From Octopus sinensis (lineage: Eukaryota), in contig NC_043010.1 of assembly GCF_006345805.1 (NCBI RefSeq), positions 17,546,001-17,610,000 on the forward strand: DNA of 64,000 nt, in the 5' to 3' direction. The position numbers were made by a program, and so were the translations under genes. Each line of letters opens with the position of its first letter. Position 1 is the first letter of the stretch. This document shows positions 12,001 through 25,429 of the stretch, one piece after another. Below the pieces are notes generated by a model. That model was given only the letters and a program-made list of their open reading frames with translations, ran no database searches and had not been told where the DNA came from.

Positions 12001-13440
12001 CTTTGCATGCCGTTAACGACTCATTCAGCTTCCAGTAGCCGGGTCCCTGTCTATGTAGCCTATCTAAGTCGACTGTACAGATCACGAATTTGTGGTCCGT
12101 GTAGTCGACTAGGTGGAATTGTACGATCTAGACGACCCGATGCTATTAGTCCAAGTCCACATTGGCACATTCAGGTTGTCTAGTCGAAACCTGTCGGACA
12201 GCTGAAAGCACCTGAGCAGGTTGGCGAGGCTCTTGCACGCCCCTCTCCTATTAGATGCTCCCGTGCCCACTCGATCGAAATTTTCGTCTAAGACAGAGTT
12301 CCAATCCCCAACTAGCACTAGAGTGTGTGATGTTCCCAAGAAAACTTCCAGACGCTTGAAATAATCAGACTGCCCTGCTCCTGTCGGAGTGTAGGCAGCC
12401 AGCAGTCTGAAAGCACCACCGTCACTACCGTCTATGTCGAGGACCACCAACTTACCTTCCGGATCCAGGAAGACTGTCCTTATTTTCAAATCCAGGCCCT
12501 TCTGAAACAAAACTGCAGTACCACCACCGGCCGACACAGCGATAGAAAAATCTCGTATCCGCCGAAAAGGGCCGCAAGTTCCTGCAGGTCTGAGAGCCTG
12601 GCTTCACTAATGGCTGCTACATCCACTCTATGAGACCTCAGGTCGTTTAACAGGTGACCCGAGGCCTCTTACATTTATGCTACTGATTCTGAGTTTTGCC
12701 ATGTCTTAAAGGTTAAGGAGAAAAAGGTGGGGTGGCTCCCTTGTGCTTTTGCACAGGTGTTTCCACCAGGTTTTTGTAGAGATTTTTGGAGAAATTTCTC
12801 CCTAGCGACCCAACATTGTTTGGGAATTTCTCCTTGATTTTATTATAATTGTCTTGTGTGATTTTAAATGTAAGTATGTGTGCTGGTGGTGTGTTGTGTG
12901 TCGGTATAATAAAATCTGACATTTTTGTGTCTGTGATGTTTTTCAGGTATGTTACTAACTGTTACTAACTGTCTGTGTGTGTTGGTGTGTGTAGCAGTAC
13001 TGGTGGAGGTGTTGTTAATTGTTGTTGTTGTTGTGAGTGCATGTTTTTGCTGTTGATGTTGGGAAGCTCTAATTGTTTGCACCTCCCCAGTGTGACATGT
13101 GTTTCTTTTTGTTTCTTTCTTCTTTTCTTTTTCGGTGGCACTGTGTGCCACTCCCCTTTCTCGCTATCAGTGCTTGCACAATCTGAGCTGATTTGGTCTG
13201 GAAAGGGGACATTTGTTGGGTCTGTTTCCACAGTTTGTCAAAATGGTGTTACATCTGTTGGAAACGGTGCTGTTATAGTTGTTGGTGTTGGTGACGGTGC
13301 CGGTGTTTCTTTTTGGGTGGTCTTTCTTGGTGTTGATGATGGTTTTGTGGTGGTTGGAGGTGGTGTTGCTCTTCATGGTGGTGGTGATGGTGTTGGTGGT
13401 GCAGAAACTCTTGGTGTCGAAACTTGTTGTTGTTGTTGTT
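9097..13440 (-). mobile_element. Tx1-clade (L1 group) non-LTR retrotransposon, near full length, frameshifted
   Basis: ORF2 ATG at 12702 (MAKLRISSINVRGL). APE domain (GGGTAVLF, LVGDWN, WTW); RT 10296-11414 (NFRPISLLN, QGCPLS, AYADD); C-terminal CPRC...ETVLHALVQCP. ORF1-like remnants at 12713-13440; 3' AATAAA and (ATT)n tail at 9097-9131. Confidence 0.9.
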
Positions 13441-13550
13441 GTTGCTGCTGCTGTTGTTGCTTCTTTTTCTCTGATAATAATAATAGTAGTAGTAGTAGTA
13501 GTAATAATAGTAATAATAATAATAATAATCACAAAAATCAAAAGTTAGTT

Positions 13551-14640
13551 GTATTATTATTATCATCATTTTTATATTTTACTTCTCAGAGCCCTGTTTT
13601 ACTTGCTCTGGTCGATTCCTTGAGAGCTGGCAGCAACCTGTTGTCAAAAGTCTCTCAGAGTTTCTTTCCACAAATTAAAAGACTTGGCACTTGGAGGTTA
13701 ACTTATTGTGGAAGACACTCAACACCCAAGGATCAATCTCAAAATCCTAGCAGTCCCCAACAGAGCAGTTTTTTGGGGCCTGCTCTGTCCTCATGTCAGT
13801 TCCAATTTCTCCAACATATTTCTCAGTGCTGTGAGTGCCCCTACAATTACTGGTATAACAGTTACTCTCCTCATTGCCCACATTCTTGCAATTTCGTCTT
13901 TTAGTCGTCTGTATTTCTTCATTTTCTCCAGCTCTTTGTCACCAACATGTGCATCCATTACAACAACATCTGGGCCCTGAGCATCAACTAGAGAGTCACA
14001 TTGGATTGTAAAATCCTATAAGATCTTATATTCATATTCTCAGTGATACCTTCTACTTTATGTTCATACCATTTCCATGTCTAGGCTGTACTTCTCACAC
14101 AACCTCCACAGAACATGCTCAGCCACTTTATTGCACCTCCTTTTGTAGAGCTTTTGACCCAGTTTGCTTCACTCCTTGACAACATGTGAGGTTGTTTCGT
14201 TTTTGCTGTCACACATTCTACAAAGGAGCAACTTACTGCTGTTTGGAACTTGATATAATTGGTTCTCAGAATTTGTTCCTGGATGTGGCATATCAATATC
14301 GCAGTGCATCCTCTCTGATCACTTTTTCTTAGCCACCTCCAGGTGTTGCTCTTGTCTTTCCCTTCAATTTCTCTGAGGTATTAACCATACATTGTTTTCA
14401 TTTCCCAGTTATTCTTTGTTTTCCATCTTGTTTCATCTTTTGGGTGTCATATTTTCAGCAGGTATCATGTTGCTATTTCTAACAACAACAAACAAGGATT
14501 CATTTTGCTGTTTGACGTACCATCCCAGACTGTTCTTCTTGTTGGAAATGGATCTTATATCGTATAGGGCCTCTTCCCCCCTTGTTCCTAGGCACATACA
14601 ATCTATTAACATCACTTTTTGGTTGCAGTTTCAGATCTAC
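13551..14640 (-). mobile_element. 5'-truncated R4/Dong-like (RLE) non-LTR retrotransposon fragment
   Basis: PKSDVNRLYVPRNKGGRG, QEQILRTNYIK, KWYEHK, GPDVVV, VIPVIVGALG, KTALLGTARIL-type motifs with stops and frameshifts; (GAT/TAA)n tail near 13551. Confidence 0.75.
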
Positions 14641-14642
14641 TT

Positions 14643-15044
14643 GGTTTGAACGGCAGTTTTTTCTAGCGGTGTCATATGAAATTGTCACCCATAATTATGA
14701 CCCTAGTATCGATCTATTGCATTTCAATCTGTTTTAGGGTTAGGGGTGGGGGAAGGGTATTTTGTTTTTCTTCACAAATGTAAATAAACCCAATCTGTTT
14801 CTTAAACGAGGGACATATTCATACGGCACAGAATGCTTTTTACCTCAATACACGTCAGTGATTGGTTGAAATTGCAGAAATTGAAGAAAAAAAAACAACA
14901 AATATCTTACAAACTATAGAATTTTCTCAATAAAGCCAAGAGAAAAAGATGTCTTATAAACACATTCTACCAGTATACGAAGTTTAAAATTTTTTAGTTA
15001 CCTAGAAATTATGTTAAAAACTGCCGTTCAAACCGAAAAGATCC
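14643..15044. mobile_element. MITE with 29-bp TIR; first 17 bp of its left TIR displaced to 9080-9096
   Basis: Right TIR 15016-15044 reverse-complements to GGATCTTTTCGGTTTGAACGGCAGTTTTT. Bases 1-17 occur at 9080-9096 and bases 11-29 at 14643-14661. Confidence 0.8.
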
Positions 15045-15199
15045 GCAGTTTCTTGTTCATTGTCACCATTTCCTCAAGCTTATTCTTTATTCACCTATTA
15101 ACATCTGCGCCATATTGCATTAAGGAGACAGCCCATATCGAGTTGCCTTGATCATGTTCTTTCCATTGAGTCTACTTCCCATAATTAATTATTATTGTT

Positions 15200-15840
15200 G
15201 TTACAACAATTGTGTTGTTTTGAAATTTGATCCACTCCACTCGATTTCCATGATTAAAACCGGTTTTAAACCTCAGGAATTTAGTACTGCGCAAAATAAA
15301 TAAACAAAGATAAAAACATCCTCTTTCACTTTTGTGTACTGAACTAGCTTTTGAATTTTTGCGATTTAAAAATAAAATTATATTTTGAACACAAGAAATT
15401 ACAATACAGAAACAACAAAAAGGAGTCAAAATTCACTTCTTTATCCCCACCACCACCACCACCACCACCACTACTACCACCACACACAGACCTTAATTCC
15501 AGTAACCTTTTTAATAGTCTTTGGACTTTTGTGTTTTGAACTCCAGATATCAAGAATTTGCAAAATGGTTAAAAAAGAAAAATAGGTCCAGGAGAAGAGT
15601 TAACATCATATAACTGGTCAGGTAGTTACCATTGGTTTCACGCCTACTATTGCACTTAGCAATATAAGTGATTCTTTTGGTGCAATAATAAATGTGAAAC
15701 CATTGGTAACTACCTGACCAGCCATAACCGACGATATACAACTTGACCACATAAAATGTATCTGCTCAAAATTTTCTTTTCGAGCGTGTCCTTCTTTTTA
15801 GACTTATGGACTACTCACCAATTATGTGTGTGCGTGTGTA
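15200..15840 (-). repeat. second copy of the 960-1620 repeat
   Basis: Same colinear sequence including the 27-bp-arm hairpin. Confidence 0.7.
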
Positions 15841-16075
15841 TATAATTCAATATGTGTAATCATTAATCTATACACATTTATTTTTTCTATTTTTTCTTTC
15901 CTTCTTTCTCCATCGGTTTTCTCTTCTCATTCCTTTCTGAAGAAGAGTGTAAGCTCAAAATATCAAAGACTTTTCCATTTTTCCTGAGCATCAAACTAAT
16001 ACACCTTTGTTGTTCCCTTGTCTGTTTCTGTCTTCTGTGTTTTTTTTTTTTTTAGTTTTATGTGCAATTTTAAAC

Positions 16076-16119
<44 letters not shown>

Positions 16120-17044
16120 GAAGGTTGAAAAGGAACACACGAGTTGATATATATGGAAAAAAAAAAGTCAAGATAGAAAATGTTAAAATAATTTTATTAC
16201 AAATCATTTCAGAACTAGGTTTCAGTCATTGAGACTTTTTCAACTGTAAGTATGGAAAACAATTAAATTTCAGAAAAATCAAAAGAAAAGTTTTTTAAAA
16301 GAATATTTGCATAGTGTTCAGATACAAGGGGCATTTTCCTTGTTTCCATCCGTTTCTTTCTCTCTCTCTCTTGTTTACTCTTGTGGGTTCGAGGTCCTTG
16401 TGAATTCTTGGTAGGGAAGAAGAAGAAGAAGAAGAAAAAGAAGAAGGAGGAGGGGGGGAGGAAGAATGCGGGAGTGCTATGACAGTAGTATGTTAAATGG
16501 TCAAGTGCCCTGAAAGTGACCCTTTGTGGATGGTAGTAGTGATTGAATTCCTGAAACATCTCTTTTGAATGTTTTGTTTACAAAATTTGCATAGGTGTTG
16601 TTCTAGACAGCAACAGTGGTAAAGTTAGGAAGGAGGTGGCAAAGAGGAAGAAGAAAGAGAAGGGAAAATAAGAAGGAATGTAAGTAGTATGATAGTAGTA
16701 GGGCGTTAAATGGTCAAGTGACCTAAAATTGGCTCCGTATGGATTATAGCAGTAATTGGGACTGTTTTTTAATGAATTCTTGGGAATCTCTTGAGTGTAT
16801 CATTTTTAATATTTGCGTGTGTGTTTGTATTATTCTAAGGCTGTGGTGGATATGTCGTTTGTTGTAGACATGTTCAAAAGGGTCTGTATTTTGTAATAAA
16901 GAGAGTCCAATTTTTGCAGTGGACAGATGTGAAGTCGAGTAAAATGACTTGACTTAATTTTTATTTTTCCATATATTATTTTTGTAAACCAACATATAAT
17001 TGAGAATGACTTAAATCAAAATGACTTAAGCCAAAGTATGCCTG

Positions 17045-17121
<77 letters not shown>

Positions 17122-17963
17122 CTGGGTGCAATGAGTAAATTGTCATCGTTTCATACCTTTAATTTCGTGCATATGCATTGTTTGTTTTTGATTTTGTTGT
17201 CTACACAGTATAGTAGGATCAGTTGGGCACTGTCTGTGAGAAAAACAGTACCATGACGCAATTAACTGTGCCAAAAATTTGGAAACAACATGCTGTACTG
17301 CTTAGCATTTCAGAGTGTTTGAGTGTCAATCTGAGGAAATGTACTGAGAGTGATAAAAAATCAAACATCCAGTCAACATCATGGTGTTTGGAGTGATCAC
17401 TAGTGATGGTGACATTATGCCTCCATTCATCTTCCCACATGGCCTCAGACTCAACATGGAGGCCTACATCAAGTGTGTGGAGAAGGTAGTGCTGCGCTGG
17501 ATCAAGAGGACTCTGCACCATGCTGCCCTAGTAACAGCACTCTGCACCATACAACACAAGCAGGAGAACCCAATCATGACTGTCCAACAATTTCTGTGAC
17601 CACATCACCCCTAACATCTGGCCACCTAACTCCCCAGACTGCAACCCTCTTGATTATTATGTGTGGGGCACAGATGAGTGTTAGACCAAAAAAAGTCCTT
17701 GTAACACCAAAGATGAACTGAAGGCAAGGATTATGGCATCATTCACCAACTTAAACAAGGAGACTGTCCAGAAGAGTTTCAGGAGATTCCAAAGATGTCT
17801 GGAGGCCGTGGTTGAAGTCAATGGCAGTTTTATGGAATATGTTTACTCTTTAGTATTTCAAGATATTTTTATGTAATTTTGGTAAACATATCTGTTAAAA
17901 TGAGATGTCAGGGTTATTTTCATTTTTGCATAATTTAGTTGACAATATATTCACTGCATCCTG
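17122..17963 (+). mobile_element. Tc1/mariner maT (DD37D) deletion derivative
   Basis: TA-flanked imperfect 23-bp TIRs (CTGGGTGCAATGAGTAAATTGTC / GACAATATATTCACTGCATCCTG). Transposase remnants IMVFGVITSDG and WPPNSPDCNPLDYYVWG; 37 residues between the second (mutated) and third Asp. Confidence 0.8.
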
Positions 17964-18709
17964 TACATACATGCATATATGTATGTATGTGTGTGTGTGT
18001 GTGTAAGTGTGTATATATGTGCGTGAGTGTGATTGTGTGTGTGTGTGTGTGTGTGTGTATGTACACAGCCTGATTTGTAAAGAATCCTTTTCACTGACCC
18101 AAATAAAATTCCATGCATTTTACTTCAATGACCAGTCAACTATGACGTACATTCACATGTCAATAACCATTATGAAAACTAGACTTTCAACTGACTCCAC
18201 ACACACACACACACAGAGGAAACCCCCAAAGACAGCACAGGCAAGGACAGAGCTCCTGTAATTGATGGATGTTGTTGTTTAACCCCGGGTCAATCCTGGT
18301 TGAGCAGGCCTATGATCAAATTTAGTCTACCCTTGACTATTTTACTCTTCTTTAAGCCATTCTATATTTTGTTACAACTCGTCATCCTACTTTTGTTTGA
18401 TGTTCAGCCGATAGTGGAGACAAGGTGATTTGAGGCAGATTTGGTTGGTATTTCTAGTAATTCATGTGGCCACATATTGATTGTCTCATTAGTTTCAAAC
18501 AGCGAGAGAGGCATGATCTTTAAACATAGTTTTGTGGGGTCAATTTCATGGGTTTAAACATGATTTTGTAGGGTCTGTTTAGCAATGGAGGTGGATATTC
18601 TGAAGGAACAGGATGGAATAAAAACTGGGAACTCTGTTGGGAACAAAGGGATTCCCTTTCTGAGCAAAGGGCAGGTTGTATGATGCTTGTATACAGAGCA
18701 CGGTGCTTG

Positions 18710-19009
18710 TTTGTTCCTTCTCGAGCCATGCCTGGCTCATAAGGGCTGATTTCCCGGTTTCCTTGGTGTATAGGTTCCCCACCTGGACAGGACACCGGTC
18801 TGTCGCAGGTAAGCTGCAAGATGCAGGAGGAAAGAGTGAGAGAAAGTTGTGGCAAAAGAGTCAGCAGAAGTTTTGCCATTACCTTCTGCTGGAGCCGCGT
18901 GGAGCTTAGGTGTTTCACTCATAAATACACACACCGCCCGGTCTGTGATTCGAACCCGCAATCCCTCGACTGCGAGTCCGCTGCTCTAATCACTAGGCCA
19001 TGTGCCTCC
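18710..19009 (-). mobile_element. tRNA-derived SINE
   Basis: Head TGGCCTAGTGATTAG (A box) and GGTTCGAATC (B box) followed by a non-tRNA body. Related heads at about 39180-39390, 31050-31160 and 55780-55900. Confidence 0.7.
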
Positions 19010-19379
19010 ACCAGAGCATGGTGCTGCACGGTAATGAAACATAAGTCTTGGATACTAAGGAATTGGCTGGAAAGAATAGAGTTAAGCAGTCTCTGTCAAA
19101 TATGTAATGTTAGTGTGAATAACTGAGAAGCGGGGTGGACTGGGTATAAGCAGTATTGGGTATTGTATGTAAGTGGTGTCAGTGTGATGACGAAGGGAGA
19201 TGACAGTTGGGTAATGAAGTGCCAAATAATCTGAGTAGAAAGGGGAACCAGCTGAAGAGGAAGACATGATAAGTTTTGAGGGAAAGATGATGATGTCAGG
19301 CTGTTAAATATTTTTGAAGACAAATGGACAGGAAACTGATGATGGAGCAAACTAACTCAGCATGGAAGCATGGAGAAAT

Positions 19380-19620
19380 GGACGCACACTGATGATGATG
19401 ATGATGAAGAGGAGGAGGATAATGATGAAGAGGATGATGATGAGGAAGAGTATAACGATGAAGAGGAGAAGGATAATGATGAAGAGGAGGCGGAGGATGA
19501 CGATGATGACAATGATGAGGATGATGATGATGAGGAGGAGGATGGTGATGATGATGATGAGGATGATAACAATGGTGGTGGTGATTGTAGAAGTGATGGT
19601 GGTGGTAGTGGTGCTGCTGC
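19380..19620. repeat. (GAT/GAG/GAA)n trinucleotide microsatellite
   Basis: Read directly; intronic. Confidence 0.9.
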
Positions 19621-20451
19621 AGCTACAGTCATTTTTGAGGGACATTTAACTGCTATTTCAAGACACTCCTACATCATCTTGTTACTGCTGTATGAATAAC
19701 CATTGAAATATTTCAGTTCTACTTCAATATTCTGTTCTATTGTAAATAACAAAATGAAACCTGAGCCCTTTTTTTTTATTCCCCAATGACAGACAACAGT
19801 AATTGGAAAACACAATTAGCATTCAGTGACATTTTCAAAAGTCTTCAGAATATTGCAGGTGGGGGGGAAGAGCCTGTCTTTACATGACCTACACCGTGGT
19901 TAAAGGAAGGTTTGTGTGCGTTCATGGATGTGCATGCGTGCGTCCATGCATGTGTGTTTGTGTGTGTGTGTGTGTGTGTGTAAACACACATATTACATTG
20001 ATGATGTGTGTGTAAACAGACAGACTGACAAGCAGGCATATGTGTTTCGGACTATGCATGTGTGGTAGACTTCATCCATTGCCCAGATTAACACACCACC
20101 TGATCCTTGGCTGCCTTTAGTAAAGTACCCACTTTTACAGGTATTTAAACCTGGTCTCTTCTTTTCCTCCTGCCAGTCATGGAGGCCCTGAACAGGATCC
20201 CTGGGAATTTTCCTTCCCCCTCCGACTAAACCCCTATAACCAAAATATAAAGGAAGGATTCAATGTAAAGTTGTCTTGGATAGAATTTGAACCCAGAATG
20301 CAAAAACTTATAACTTCTACAAAACATTTTGTTCAATGTCTTACAGTTTATTATCCATTTGTGACGATAATATTAGTTCTGAAAGTGATTATATTTTTCT
20401 TATATGTAATATATATGTATATGAAACGTATTTTTAAAAATATATTTTAAG

Positions 20452-20639
20452 GTTAAAAAACAGCGGAATACCTGTAAGATTTTGCACCAATGAGAATGCT
20501 GTGACGAAAAAAGTCCTCACTGAAAAACTGAGGAAATTTGGTTTTGACATTGAATGTTCCCAGATATTTTCTCCGATTCCAGCTGTTTGCAGTGTTCTAG
20601 GAAGTCGTGGATTACGGCCACTGCTTCTTGTGAATCCAA
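20452..20639 (+). CDS. LHPP: LHPP exon 2 (LKNSGIPVRFCTNE...GLRPLLLVNP)
   Basis: Acceptor TTTTAAG| and donor CCAA|GTAAGT; 188 nt. Carries the FCTNE motif II and GFDI...GLRPxLL as in LHPP; phase is compatible with exons 1 and 3. Confidence 0.95.
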
Positions 20640-21812
20640 GTAAGTTTTTCCCCTTCTTTTACAAAAATGTATGATTAACAAGTTTGCTTGCCACCCAAGT
20701 TGTTTCAGGTTTAGTTTGTTCAACTACAGCCCCAGGCTTTATGAATGAATTTGGTACATGGAAACTGAAAGAATCCTTATGTGTGTGTGTGTTTTATTTG
20801 TTTATATGCTTGAAGGCATTCATGACGATGGGAAGACGATTTAGTTTAGCAATTTTGGTCAATATAGAAAAGAATGGTGCAATCAAGACAGAATTAGAAG
20901 CGCATTGTGACCAGCAGTGTGTAACAACATCTGATGGTCTAGTCAGCACCTGATGGCCTGGTGGATATTCTGTGTGAATTTATATATCTATATTTTTAAT
21001 GTCTGCCGCCACCCGTTTGCCCCACCACACATGCACACACTCCTCATATTCTCTCATCCTCTCACACAACCCAATGTCCGTATCTTCTCTTATGTTCACC
21101 TTCTTGTTCCTTGATTGTTTGCTCCAGTACCCCCATCACTTCCTTCCTCTCATCTTCTCCTTTACAGCAAGACACCAGTGCTTCTTTCTTTAGCATAGTT
21201 TAGTCTTTCAACACCCAACATACGGCCACCCACCTCCCAAATACTTCCTCTTAGTACTGCAAGCTTTTCCCCCTTTCATTTTTCTCTGTTCTTTTCTGTC
21301 TTGGAAGTTCCATGGCAACTTCACTAGTGCCAGTAGCACAAACAAAAAGCACCCAGTACACTTTGTAAAACAGTTGGTGTTAAGAAGGGCATCCAGCCAT
21401 AGAAACCATGCCAGCGATGACATTGGTGCTTGATGCAGTCCTGCAGGTTGCTAGTTCCTTGTCAAACTGTCAAACCCTTGCTTGTAAGGAAAGCGGACAT
21501 TAAATGATGACGATGATGATGATGATATGGGCAATGACTCTGATGCTGTTGATAACAGCGGACACAGTGGTAGAGGAGGAGAAGAGTGGCAGTGGTGTAT
21601 TTAATTAACATTGATCTCTGAAATATTGACTGCAGTCTACAGGCTTCAGAAGACTTACCTCAACAAGGGAGAATGACTGGTATTGTTGCTAATATTTCTG
21701 TCATGTATCAAACAGGAATAGAGAAAAGTGCAAACAAAATATTTGAAAACTTGTTTCAAAATATTAAAATTACTTTCCCAGAAAAGATGGCAACATTAAA
21801 ATGACTGAGGGC

Positions 21813-22883
21813 ATCAAGCTGGTAGAGTCATTACCAAACTGGTAATCAACCTGGTAGAATCATTATCAAGCTGGTAATCAATCTGGTAGAATCCTTACCA
21901 AACTGGTAGAATCATTACCAAGCTGATAATAAACCTGGTAGAATCATTATGAAACTGGTAATCAACCTGGTAGAATCATTACCAAGCTGGTAATCAAGCT
22001 GGTAGAATCATTATCAAACTGGTATAATCATTACTAAGCTAGTAATCAACCTGGTAGAATCATTACCAAGTTGGTAATCAACCTGATAGAATCATTACCA
22101 AGCTGATAATCAATCTAGTAGAATCCTTACTAAACTGGTAGAATCATTACCAAGCTGGTAATCAAGCTGGTAGAGTCATTACGAAACTGTTAATCAACCT
22201 GGTAGAATCATTACCAAGCTGGTAGAATCATTACCAAGCTGGTAGAATCATTACCAAACTGGTAGAATCATTACCAACCTTGTAGTCAACCTGGTAGAAT
22301 CATTACCAAGCTGGTAATTAACCTGGTAGAATCATTACCAAGCTGGTAATCAACCTGGTAGAATCATTACCAAACTGGTAATCAACCTGGTAGAATCATT
22401 ACCAAGCTGGTAATCAACCTGATAGAATCATTACGAAGCTGATAATCAATCTAGTAGAATCTTTACTAAACTGGTAGAATCATTACCAAGCTGGTAGTAT
22501 CATTACAAAACTGTTAATCAACCTGGTAGAATCATTATCAAGCTGGTAGAATCATTACCAAACTGGTAGAATCATTACCAAGCTTGTAGTCAACCTGGTA
22601 GAATCATTACCAAGCTGGTAATTAACATGGTAGAATCATTACCAAGCTGGTAATCAACCTGGTAGAATCATTACCAAACTGGTACTCAACCTGGTAGAAT
22701 CATTACCAAACTGGTAATCAACCTGGTAGAATCATTACCAAGCTGGTAATCAACCTGATAGAATCATTACCAAGCTGGTAATCAACCTGGTAGAATCATT
22801 ACCAATCTGGTAGAATCATTATCAACCTGGTAGAATCATTACCAAACTGGTAGAATCATTACCAAACTGGTAATCAACCTGGT
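21813..22883. repeat. minisatellite of 20-bp (CTGGTAGAATCATTACCAAG) and 12-bp (CTGGTAATCAAC) modules
   Basis: Read directly; about 1.07 kb in LHPP intron 2. Confidence 0.95.
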
Positions 22884-23533
22884 CGCAGCATTTCTTCCAA
22901 CTTTATGTTCTGAGTTCAAGTACTGCCAGGGTCGACTTTGTCTTTCATCTTTTCGGAGTTGAGCACTAGGGTTGATGTAATCGACTTATTCCTCCCCCAA
23001 AATTGATGACTTTGGGCCAGATTTTGAAACCAATATTAAACTGACTGATTAATCATTATTACTGATCAATCTTTATAACTCATGAAGCAGATATTAGAGA
23101 GCATTTGATTTATCGAATATTTTGATATCTTCTTTTTATATTTTGAAAGATTTAGTTGAAGGATGAGGGGACAGGGCTCATGGTCCCAAGTTGATGAGAT
23201 TTGTCTGGTTATAATGCTCCTCCTTAATGTCAGCAAACCAGCGTAAGCAGTGAGTGATATTTGAGGTAACTCTGGTCTGCAGGGTTACAAGTGAAGTGGC
23301 TCAGTTAAAGACCTCCAAGATATGATGCATTATTAACTCAAATACCATGTTAAGCCTGCCACTCAAAGACCATACTGTGGCATTAAACCCGTTACCATTT
23401 TAGGTCTCCCACTCAAACTAAAGCTTCTCGAAGGACCACAGTGTGGTGTTAAACCAAGTGATGTGTTAGATGTACCACTTTAATTTGTGATACTAATCAG
23501 TTGTTCCATTTTGGCTTATTTCCTGTCTTTCAG

Positions 23534-23687
23534 AGGCTGCAGAAGACTTTCGTGACATTGATACAAGTAAACCTAACTGCGTTATCATTGGTGATATGGC
23601 TGAGCATTTTACATATGAGGTTATGAATGAAGCGTTTCAACTTCTCAAATCTTTATCACATCCAGTTTTATTAGCTTTGGGAAGCAG
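23534..23687 (+). CDS. LHPP: LHPP exon 3 (KAAEDFRDIDTSKPNCVIIGDMAEHFTYEVMNEAFQLL...LALGS)
   Basis: Acceptor TTTCAG| and donor AG|GTAAAT; 154 nt. Matches human IDTSNPNCVVIADAGESFSYQNMNNAFQVL. Confidence 0.95.
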
Positions 23688-24628
23688 GTAAATATTGGTC
23701 TTTTTAAATCTTTTGATGTAGGACTGTGTATTTTTTGGGGTTTTTTTGCGGATGGGCAAGTTATGTATTCACCCAGATGAGGGGATCTTATCTTGTGGGT
23801 ACTTGGTGACCCTGTTGGTGCTGGTGTTACATAAAAAGCACCTCTTACACACTGTAACATTTACAGAAACCATGTCGAAACAGACGTTGGAACTTGGCAC
23901 ATCCTTCTGGTTTGTCAGTTCATGTTCAACCACACAACCTATGCCAGCATGAAGAAAGTTGTGTAAAATGGTAGGGCTAGTGGTGGTAGTGGTGGCGGCG
24001 GGGATGATGATGATGATGATGATGATATATATCATTAGTTGCAGGAAAAACTCTTTAATTTGAAATGTGTAGGAGAAGCAATTGTTTAATTTCTGTTTTA
24101 AGAGGAAATTCAATTTATTCAAATTCCCCATTTTATATTTTTCAACTCTTGATTTGAAAAATATTTTCTTTTTAAAATTGAGTTTTTGTTGTTATCTCTG
24201 TGGTTTGTGTTGTGGTAAACAGGGATCCAACAGAAATTGGTAACGGTGGAAGGAATTGGAATATTGGGTGCTGGCATAGCTGCTATATGATTGAGGTGTT
24301 TACTTCCACACCTAGTGATTTGGGGTTCAGACCCACTGCATAGCACCTTCGGCAAGTATCTTCTACTATAGCCCTGGGACAACCAAAGCCTTATCAGTGG
24401 ATTTGGTAGACGGAAACTGTAAGAAGCCCATTGTGTGTGTGTGTTTGTGTGTCCCAGTCTTGATACTGCATGATGCTTGTAAACTTGCATCGCCATGATA
24501 TAAGCCATGTTGTTTGTTTTGAGTTTTCTGTGGAAACATGTCTGGCCATGGGGGAAAAATATGTTGCTTGGAAACAGGGTTGGTGATAGGAAGGACATCC
24601 AGCCAAGAAAAGCAATTGTGACAAATTC

Positions 24629-25045
24629 TTGTTTCTTTATTGCCCACAAGGGGCTAAACATAGAGGGGGACAAACAAGGACAGACAAAGAGATTAAGTCG
24701 ATTACATCGACCCCAGTGCATAACTGGTACTTATTTAATCGACCCCGAAAGGATGAAAGGCAAAGTCGACCTCAGCGGAATTTGAACTCAGAACGTAGCG
24801 ACAGACGAAATACCTATTTCTTTACTACCCACAAGGGGCTAAACATAGAGGGGGACAAACAAGGACAGACAAAGAGATTAAGTCGATTACATCGACCCCA
24901 GTGCGTAACTGGTACTTATTTAATCGACCCCGAAAGGATGAAAGGCAAAGTCGACCTCGGTGGAATTTGAACTCAGAACATAGCGACAAACGAAATACCG
25001 CTAAGCATTTCGCCTGGTGTGCTAACGTTTCTGCCAGCTCGCTGC
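24629..25045 (-). mobile_element. tandem pair of family A SINEs (tail type 1)
   Basis: Two head-to-tail copies, about 24629-24812 and 24819-25045. Confidence 0.85.
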
Positions 25046-25429
25046 CTTGTGACAAATTCTGTCTGACTCCTACAAGCATGGAAAAATGGATGTTAAAATG
25101 ACCTGCTGGCAGCAACAGCAGCAATTGTTGTTTTTCATAAGGAAAAAAGATGTCAAACTGAAATGGAAGAATTAAGTGAAGAACTGTTTGTAAAAGAGGT
25201 GAAACTTGAAATTATTTCAACTTATCGAAAGGAAATAATAACAAGTGAGGAGATAAAGAAGATTAGATTAAGAGAGACAGATTTATACTTCCTGACTCAT
25301 TCCAGTTGGAACCGGAATGTTAAACAACACATTTCACTTTTTGATGTGGCAGATGTACAGGTACAATAAACACTAGAAATATAGAGAAAATAGACTCCAT
25401 TAAATGCCAGGGTGGGTACCTAGAATAAA

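Noticed and set aside
12975-13904. 309-aa plus-strand ORF
   Set aside because: Antisense read-through of Tx1 ORF1 remnants, simple repeats and the R4 3' end.
15937-15975. CTGAAGA followed by a GAGT-GTAA-GCTC hairpin, hammerhead-like
   Set aside because: GAAA is replaced by AAAA, an extra A precedes stem II and stem III cannot be completed. At best a dead remnant.
18950-19009. tRNA-like sequence with A and B boxes
   Set aside because: No complete cloverleaf or acceptor stem; it continues into a SINE body.
19352-19699. Poly-acidic 109-aa ORF and overlapping poly-Ser or poly-Ile ORFs
   Set aside because: Trinucleotide microsatellite in LHPP intron 1; no supporting splice signals or homology.
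21813-22883. CRISPR-like regular repeat appearance
   Set aside because: No unique spacers, no cas genes, eukaryotic intronic context; it is a tandem minisatellite.
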